A DNA stretch of 64,000 bases from the NCBI GenBank assembly GCA_036497165.1, contig DASXJW010000038.1, positions 888-64,887 on the forward strand, read 5' to 3'. The stretch is from Solirubrobacteraceae bacterium (GTDB lineage Bacteria; Actinomycetota; Thermoleophilia; Solirubrobacterales; Solirubrobacteraceae). The translations under genes were made by a program, and so were the position numbers. Numbering within the stretch: the first letter of the stretch is position 1; every line of letters begins with the position of its first letter. The notes beneath the pieces were generated by a model. The model saw only the letters and a list, made by a program, of their open reading frames with translations. It ran no database searches and had not been told where the DNA came from. Below, piece after piece: positions 58,455 through 64,000 of the stretch.

Positions 58455-58967
58455 ATGTCCCCTGACCGATCTGGGCGCGGCGAGTCACCGTCGGCCCGGC
58501 GGCGGGCGCGGCGGCGCAGGCTCTCGGGGCTGGACCCGTCTCCCCCGCGCGCCCCTGATCCGCGCCCCCCGGTCCGGGTCCCGTCCCGCACGCCGCCCCG
58601 GGGCGGCGGGGTCGCCGAAGCTACCCCCGATGATCACGGGGCTCGCCCGCTCTCCGACGAGCCCCCACCCCAGGGCAGGCCGTGGTTTGAGTGGCGCGGC
58701 TGGGACTCCGTGGTCACCTACGTCGTGCTGGCGGTGATGCTCGCCGGGGTGATCACCGGCCTGCACCGCCTGCTCGCCGCCGGCGTCCTGGTGATCGGGC
58801 TCTCGGCGCTGGCCTGGGGGATCACCCACCGCCCGGACCGGCGCCGGACCACCAGCGGATACGGGGTACTGCTGGACTGGCTGATGGGCGTGCTGCCGCG
58901 GGCCATCTACCTGATCGTCTGCGTGACGGTGATCGTGCTGGGAGCCGTGGGGCTCATTGCCGGCTGA
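58455..58967 (+). CDS. hypothetical membrane protein (start uncertain)
   Basis: three hydrophobic helices in C-terminal half; Pro/Arg-rich N-terminal part may be non-coding. Confidence 0.5.
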   Translation: MSPDRSGRGESPSARRRARRRRLSGLDPSPPRAPDPRPPVRVPSRTPPRGGGVAEATPDDHGARPLSDEPPPQGRPWFEWRGWDSVVTYVVLAVMLAGVITGLHRLLAAGVLVIGLSALAWGITHRPDRRRTTSGYGVLLDWLMGVLPRAIYLIVCVTVIVLGAVGLIAG

Positions 58968-59024
58968 GCGGGCCGGTATCGCTCGTGGGGCGCCGGCGTG
59001 GCGACGGCGGTGCGGGACCGTCGC

Positions 59025-59693
59025 CTACCAGGGCTGCCCGTAGCGGTCTCCGAAGGCGAACTCCCCCACCGGCCGGCGGCTGAGCTGCCGGGGCCAGGGA
59101 TCGGCGCGGTGGCCCACCGAGATGTGCCCGGCAAGGACGACCTCCTCGGGAATGGCCAGGAGCTCGCGGATCGCCGGTTCGGCGGGGACGAGCAGGGTCG
59201 TGAAGGCGGCGCCGAGACCTTCGTGGCGCAACCCCAGCAGGATGTTCTGGACGAACGGGTAGACCGAGGCGCCGCCGACGATGCTGGGCCGGTCAAGCGA
59301 CTCGTCGGTGATGGCCAGCGCGTTGACGTCCACGCAGACCAGCAGATGGACCGGGACCTCGTCGAAGCGGCGCGCGTACTCATCGGCGCCGCGGAGCATG
59401 CGCAGCCGTCCGGCCGGCAGGCCGCTGGCCTCGCCCGCGTCCAGCGCGGCGCGAGCGCCGGTCTTGATCATGTACGCGTCCCACGGGTCCTCGTAGAGCT
59501 CGCGCAGCCGCCGGCGGATGTCGGGGTCGGTGATGACGATCACTCGCCAGCCCTGCCGGTTGCCGCCGCTGGGCGCGTAGCGGGCGTTGTCCAGAACGCG
59601 CTCGAGCACCTCGCGGGCCACCGGCTCCGCGGTGAAGGCGCGCGTCGCGGGCGCGCAGCGCATGACCTCGTAGAGGTCGCTGCCCTCGGTCAC
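59025..59693 (-). CDS. nitroreductase family protein
   Basis: ATRAF, ARYAPSGGNRQGW, QNILLGLRHEGLG. Confidence 0.9.
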   Translation of the reverse strand: MTEGSDLYEVMRCAPATRAFTAEPVAREVLERVLDNARYAPSGGNRQGWRVIVITDPDIRRRLRELYEDPWDAYMIKTGARAALDAGEASGLPAGRLRMLRGADEYARRFDEVPVHLLVCVDVNALAITDESLDRPSIVGGASVYPFVQNILLGLRHEGLGAAFTTLLVPAEPAIRELLAIPEEVVLAGHISVGHRADPWPRQLSRRPVGEFAFGDRYGQPW

Positions 59694-59694
59694 G

Positions 59695-60696
59695 TCAGGC
59701 CGCGACGGCCGAGTCGGCGCCGGCGGCGGCGATCAGCTCCGCGATCTGCACCGCGTTGGTGGCGGCGCCCTTGCGCAGGTTGTCGGACACCACCCACATC
59801 GACAGCGCACGCGGATGGGAGTCATCGCCGCGGATGCGTCCCACGAAGACCTCGTCGCGGCCCTCGGCCCTGAGCGGGCTGGGGACGTGCTCCAACGCGA
59901 TGCCGGGCGCGTCGGCGAGGAGGTCGCGGACGCGATCCGCCGTGATCGGCTCGCGCGTCTGGATGTTGACGGCGATCGAGTGCGACACCCGCACCGGCAC
60001 ACGGACGCAGGTCACGGCGATGCCGATCGACTCGTCCTCGAGGATCTTGCGCGTCTCGAACATCATCTTGCGTTCCTCGTCGGTGTGGTCATCGCCCTCA
60101 GCGAAGGTGCCGGCGGCGCCGATGACGTTGAAGGCGATGTGGTCGGGATAGAGCTCGGGATCGGGCATGTCCATCCCGTGGAGGTTGGCGTGGGCCTGCG
60201 CGTCGAGCTCGTCGATCGCCTTCTTGCCCGTGCCCGAGACCGACTGGTAGGTGGAGGCGACGATCCGCTCGATGCCCGCGGCGCGCTGGATCGGGGCCAG
60301 CGCCACCATCAGCTGCATCGTCGAGCAGTTGGGGTTGGCGATGAGGCCGCGGTGGTGCTTGAGCGCGTGCGGGTTGACCTCGGAGACGACCAGCGGCACA
60401 GAGGGGTCGCGGCGGAACGCCGAGGAGTTGTCGATGACCACGGCCCCGGCGTCCATGAACTTCGAGGCCCACGCACGCGAGGTGCTCGCGCCGGCGGAGA
60501 AGAGGGCGATGTCGATCCCGTGGAGGTCGGCGTTGTCGTCGAGAAGCTGGACGGTCCGCCCGTCGATCTCGCTGCCCGCGCTGCGAGCCGAGGCGAACAG
60601 CACGATCTCATCCGCGGGGAACGAGCGCTCGCGCAGGAGCTCGAGCATCACCCGTCCGACGGCGCCAGTGGCGCCCACCACTGCCACCCCCGTCAT
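59695..60696 (-). CDS. asd: aspartate-semialdehyde dehydrogenase
   Basis: VVGATGAVG, DNSSAFR, NPNCST, DNLRKGAATNA. Confidence 0.96.
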   Translation of the reverse strand: MTGVAVVGATGAVGRVMLELLRERSFPADEIVLFASARSAGSEIDGRTVQLLDDNADLHGIDIALFSAGASTSRAWASKFMDAGAVVIDNSSAFRRDPSVPLVVSEVNPHALKHHRGLIANPNCSTMQLMVALAPIQRAAGIERIVASTYQSVSGTGKKAIDELDAQAHANLHGMDMPDPELYPDHIAFNVIGAAGTFAEGDDHTDEERKMMFETRKILEDESIGIAVTCVRVPVRVSHSIAVNIQTREPITADRVRDLLADAPGIALEHVPSPLRAEGRDEVFVGRIRGDDSHPRALSMWVVSDNLRKGAATNAVQIAELIAAAGADSAVAA

Positions 60697-61946
60697 CGCG
60701 GACCCTGCTCGACCTCGATGCCGCCCTCGCCCAGCTCGAAGGCGGAGTGCAGCGCGCGCACCGCCTGGGGCACCGATTCGGCGCGGATGACGCACGAGAT
60801 CTTGATCGGGGAGGTGGAGATCATCTCGATGTTGATGCCCTCGGTCGCGAGCGTGTGGAAGACCTTAGCGGCGACGCCGGGATGCGACCGCATGCCCGCG
60901 CCCACGATCGAGACCTTGCCGATGTCGCGGTCGGTGTCCACGCGCGTCACTCCCAATTCGGTCTGTACGGGCGCCAGCGCCGTCTCGGCGGCGCGCAGGT
61001 CCTCGGTCCCGATGGTGAACGACACCTCGGCGTCGCGGCCCTCGGTCAGCGGCTCGTTCTGGATGATCGTGTCCACGTTGCAGTTGGCGTCGGCCAGGGC
61101 CATGAAGATCGAGGCCGCCGCGCCCGGGCGGTCCGGGACGCCGACGAGGGTGATCCGGGCCTCGTCGGTGGAGTGGGTGACGGCGGTGATGAGCGGGTGT
61201 TCCATGGTCTCGTCTTCTCCGAGGACAAAGGTACCGGGGCCGGGATCGAAGCTCGACCGGCAGTGGATGCGCACGCCGTGGGTGCGGGCGTACTCCACCG
61301 AGCGCAGCTGGAGCACGCCGGCGCCCGAGGCCGACATCTCGAGCATCTCCTCGAAGCTGACGTGCGAGAGCTTGCGGGCGTCGGGCACGATGCGGGGATC
61401 GGCGCTGAACACGCCGGCCACGTCGGTGTAGATCTCGCACACCTCGGCCCTGATGGCGGCGGCAAGAGCGACGGCGGTGGTGTCCGAGCCGCCGCGGCCC
61501 AGCGTGGTGACGTCGCGGCTGGTCGACACGCCCTGAAACCCGGCCACGAGCACGATCTGGTCGGCGCCGAGGGCCTGGGTGATGCGATCGGCGCGGACGT
61601 CGAGGATGCGCGCCTTGGTGTGGGAGGTGTCGGTGACGATCCCCGCCTGCGAGCCGGTGAGGGAGATGGCGCGGTGGCCGAGGTCGTTGATCGCCATCGC
61701 GCACAGGGCGCAGGAGATACGCTCGCCGGTGGACAGCAGCATGTCCATCTCGCGCCGGTCGGGATCGGGCGAGACCTCCTCGGCCATCGCGATCAGGTCA
61801 TCGGTGGTCTTGCCGCGTGCGGACAGCACCGCCACCACGCGCTTGCCCGACTCCCGCTGGGCGACGATGCGCCTGGCGGCGCGCTTGATCCGCTCGGCGT
61901 CGGCAACCGAGGTGCCGCCGAACTTCATGACGATGGTCTCCGACAC
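60693..61946 (-). CDS. lysC: aspartate kinase
   Basis: MKFGGTSV, AGFQG, TLGRGGSDTTA, YTDV.GV, ACT domains. Confidence 0.96.
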   Translation of the reverse strand: MSETIVMKFGGTSVADAERIKRAARRIVAQRESGKRVVAVLSARGKTTDDLIAMAEEVSPDPDRREMDMLLSTGERISCALCAMAINDLGHRAISLTGSQAGIVTDTSHTKARILDVRADRITQALGADQIVLVAGFQGVSTSRDVTTLGRGGSDTTAVALAAAIRAEVCEIYTDVAGVFSADPRIVPDARKLSHVSFEEMLEMSASGAGVLQLRSVEYARTHGVRIHCRSSFDPGPGTFVLGEDETMEHPLITAVTHSTDEARITLVGVPDRPGAAASIFMALADANCNVDTIIQNEPLTEGRDAEVSFTIGTEDLRAAETALAPVQTELGVTRVDTDRDIGKVSIVGAGMRSHPGVAAKVFHTLATEGINIEMISTSPIKISCVIRAESVPQAVRALHSAFELGEGGIEVEQGPR

Positions 61947-61997
61947 GCTCGACAGAGTAGGCGCTGGAGCCCCGCCGAGGCTGTCCGGGGTGCGGCT

Positions 61998-64000
61998 TTA
62001 GCGTCGGCCGGACTCCAGCGCGTGAACCCCGGCGGCGAAGGCCCGCGCGGCGGCCGGATCACTGCTCACCGGCCAGTCGGCCTGCTTGCGCAGGTCGTAC
62101 CAGAGCATCGACGTCACCTCGGGGTGGGCGCGCAGGTCGTTGAACATGGCGGAGATCCATGCGGCCTTGCTTCCGCCCCCCTCGGCGCTCGCGACCTCGC
62201 TGATCTGGACGGGCTTGCCCGGTGCGATCGCGGCCAGCGACCGCGCCGTGGGATTGAAGATCCGCGCGAAGCTGCGCCACCCGCCCCACTTCAGATGGCT
62301 GCCGCCGTTGAACGCCGAGACGCCGACGATGTCCACGAACGCCCGACCCGGGTACAGCCCGGCGTCGAGGTGAGCCGTCCCGGCTGCCGGGCTCCAGATC
62401 CAGCGCACGTTGTCCGCGCCCAGCTCGGTGAACATCTGGTGGACGTGGCGCCAGGCGGCGACGAACTGACCTGGATGGTTGCCGTTGACCGCCTCCGACC
62501 ACGGATACCAGTTGCCGTTCATCTCCTGGGCGAAGCGCAGGTACACCGGGTGTCCATACCGCCGCAGGGTCCTCGCCCAGCGGCGGATGTAGGCGTCGTG
62601 ACGCCCGTCGATGATCGACGCCAGCGTGAACTGCGGCTGGTCGGTGGCGCTGCCGCTGTAGTCCCAGGGCTCCCAGGAGATCTCCGGGATGCTGCCGCGG
62701 GCGCCAACAGCGCGCAGCTGGGCCAGGCTCGGGACGGCGTGCCGCCAGTCCGAGTACCACATGACGATCCCGGCATGCGCCTGCACCGCCTGTTCGAAGC
62801 GGTTGACCTGGGTCAGGTCGCCCACCGTCCACGCCCTGGTGGAGTTCCTGGCCAGGGCGTCAGTGGTCACGCCCAGTGCGAGGCGTGAAGCAGCGGCGGC
62901 CACCACCGGGACGGGCCGAGGCGCGGGAGAGGCATGAGCGGTGAGCCGGCCCGCCAGGCCCGGGGAGACCGCGGCGCACGCGGTGGCCAGGCCCGAAGTG
63001 GCCACCACGGCGAGCTTGACCAGGCAGCTGCGCAGCGCCCCCCGCCGCAGCGCCCGGGGATGCTCGTAGATGTGCAGGCCGATGATCGCGGCCGCGGCGG
63101 CCGTGTACAGCGCGATATTGATGTCAGCCAGCAGGTAGTAGCCGCCGGCGGGGCCGGCGTCGAGTCCCAGCAGCGAGGGGAGCGCGGAGACGGCGGCCAG
63201 CGCGAGGTACGGACTGACCACGCGCATCGGCACGGGAGCGACATCGGACCGGCTGCCCTTCGGCGTCACCTTGAACGAGAACTCGCGGCCCACCAGGCGT
63301 CCCGCCACCGCGTGCAGGCAGCCGAACAGGGCCCACGGCCAGCGCACCAGCTGAAACAGCGCCATCTCCCAGGAGACGGCATGAGCATCACGCGGGCGCA
63401 GCCAGCCCAGGCGCCGCAGCCACAGGACGGTGAGCAGCAGCACGAGGGTGGCGGGGGCGAAATGGCTGTAGAACGCGCCGAGCGACAGCCGCATGAACGG
63501 CGTGCGGGCGGCGATGGCCGCAATCGGCAGCAGGACCGAGGCCAGCATGAGCAGCGCGAACAGCGGATACCACCACAGGCAGAAGCCGAGCCGGATCCGC
63601 GCGGCCCGGCTGAGGCCCCGGCGGTACCGGCGGTTGATTCCGAGCAGCACGTTCATCATGCTGCGCGACCATTGGAACTCCTGGGTCATGCAATCGGCGA
63701 ACGTCGCGGGACCGTCGCCGTGTGCTTCGGCGTCAATCGCGAACACGCCCTGCCAGCGGTGAGAGCTCAGCATCAGCGTGGTGGTGAAGTCCTCGGCCAG
63801 CTCGGGCCCCAGGCCGCCGACCTCGCGGAGGGCGGCGGTGCGTACCGCGTAGTGCGATCCGATGCAGCTGGGGGCGTAGCCGCCGCTGTGGCCGGCCTGG
63901 GTGGGACCGTGAAGCACGGCCTCCGCGTACAGCCGGCCGCGGGCAGACCACGAATCGGCCGCGTTGCGGTCACAGATGGAGGGCGCAGCCACATACCCCA
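61998..64000 (-). CDS. GT2 processive glycosyltransferase fused to GH26 hydrolase (5' end beyond window)
   Basis: LAEDF and QEFQWS, TM helices, FKVTPK, then ISWEPW, RFAQEMNGNWYPW, WIWSP, YPG, ISE. Confidence 0.85.
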   Translation of the reverse strand, partial: GYVAAPSICDRNAADSWSARGRLYAEAVLHGPTQAGHSGGYAPSCIGSHYAVRTAALREVGGLGPELAEDFTTTLMLSSHRWQGVFAIDAEAHGDGPATFADCMTQEFQWSRSMMNVLLGINRRYRRGLSRAARIRLGFCLWWYPLFALLMLASVLLPIAAIAARTPFMRLSLGAFYSHFAPATLVLLLTVLWLRRLGWLRPRDAHAVSWEMALFQLVRWPWALFGCLHAVAGRLVGREFSFKVTPKGSRSDVAPVPMRVVSPYLALAAVSALPSLLGLDAGPAGGYYLLADINIALYTAAAAAIIGLHIYEHPRALRRGALRSCLVKLAVVATSGLATACAAVSPGLAGRLTAHASPAPRPVPVVAAAASRLALGVTTDALARNSTRAWTVGDLTQVNRFEQAVQAHAGIVMWYSDWRHAVPSLAQLRAVGARGSIPEISWEPWDYSGSATDQPQFTLASIIDGRHDAYIRRWARTLRRYGHPVYLRFAQEMNGNWYPWSEAVNGNHPGQFVAAWRHVHQMFTELGADNVRWIWSPAAGTAHLDAGLYPGRAFVDIVGVSAFNGGSHLKWGGWRSFARIFNPTARSLAAIAPGKPVQISEVASAEGGGSKAAWISAMFNDLRAHPEVTSMLWYDLRKQADWPVSSDPAAARAFAAGVHALESGRR

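Overview
High-GC actinobacterial chromosomal window. Gene content and style suggest Thermoleophilia/Solirubrobacterales (inference). It contains: (1) the conserved metG-tatD-rsmA-ispE operon, separated from rsmI by a ~22 kb inositol/cyclitol catabolic island with two LacI regulators (operators visible), a sugar ABC transporter, iolE/C/G/D/B/A, a PotABCD-like ABC transporter, four Gfo/Idh/MocA dehydrogenases, two IolE-like proteins and no recognisable IolJ aldolase; (2) an M20 peptidase, ROK kinase, LCP protein, CIRCE-preceded FmdB/Ruc-like protein and glyQS; (3) a ubiA-dprE1-dprE2-like polyprenyl-phospho-arabinose operon coupled to a Tat-exported amidase, divergent from a phosphodiester glycosidase across three TGAG-N6-CTCA boxes; (4) LmeA-like, TetR, hsp20-lon, MBL hydrolase, CPA1 antiporter, small proteins, hydroxy-acid oxidase, SRPBCC, a candidate nucleoid-associated protein, mdh, M32 and M50 peptidases; (5) a type-E-like SdhAB plus HdrB/CCG complex; (6) a candidate multi-AGGGA small RNA divergent from an atypical NarL/LuxR regulator; (7) nitroreductase, asd, aspartokinase and a partial GT2-GH26 fusion. 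No tRNA, rRNA, CRISPR array, integrase or transposase was recognised. All calls come from motif recognition by eye; no searches were run.
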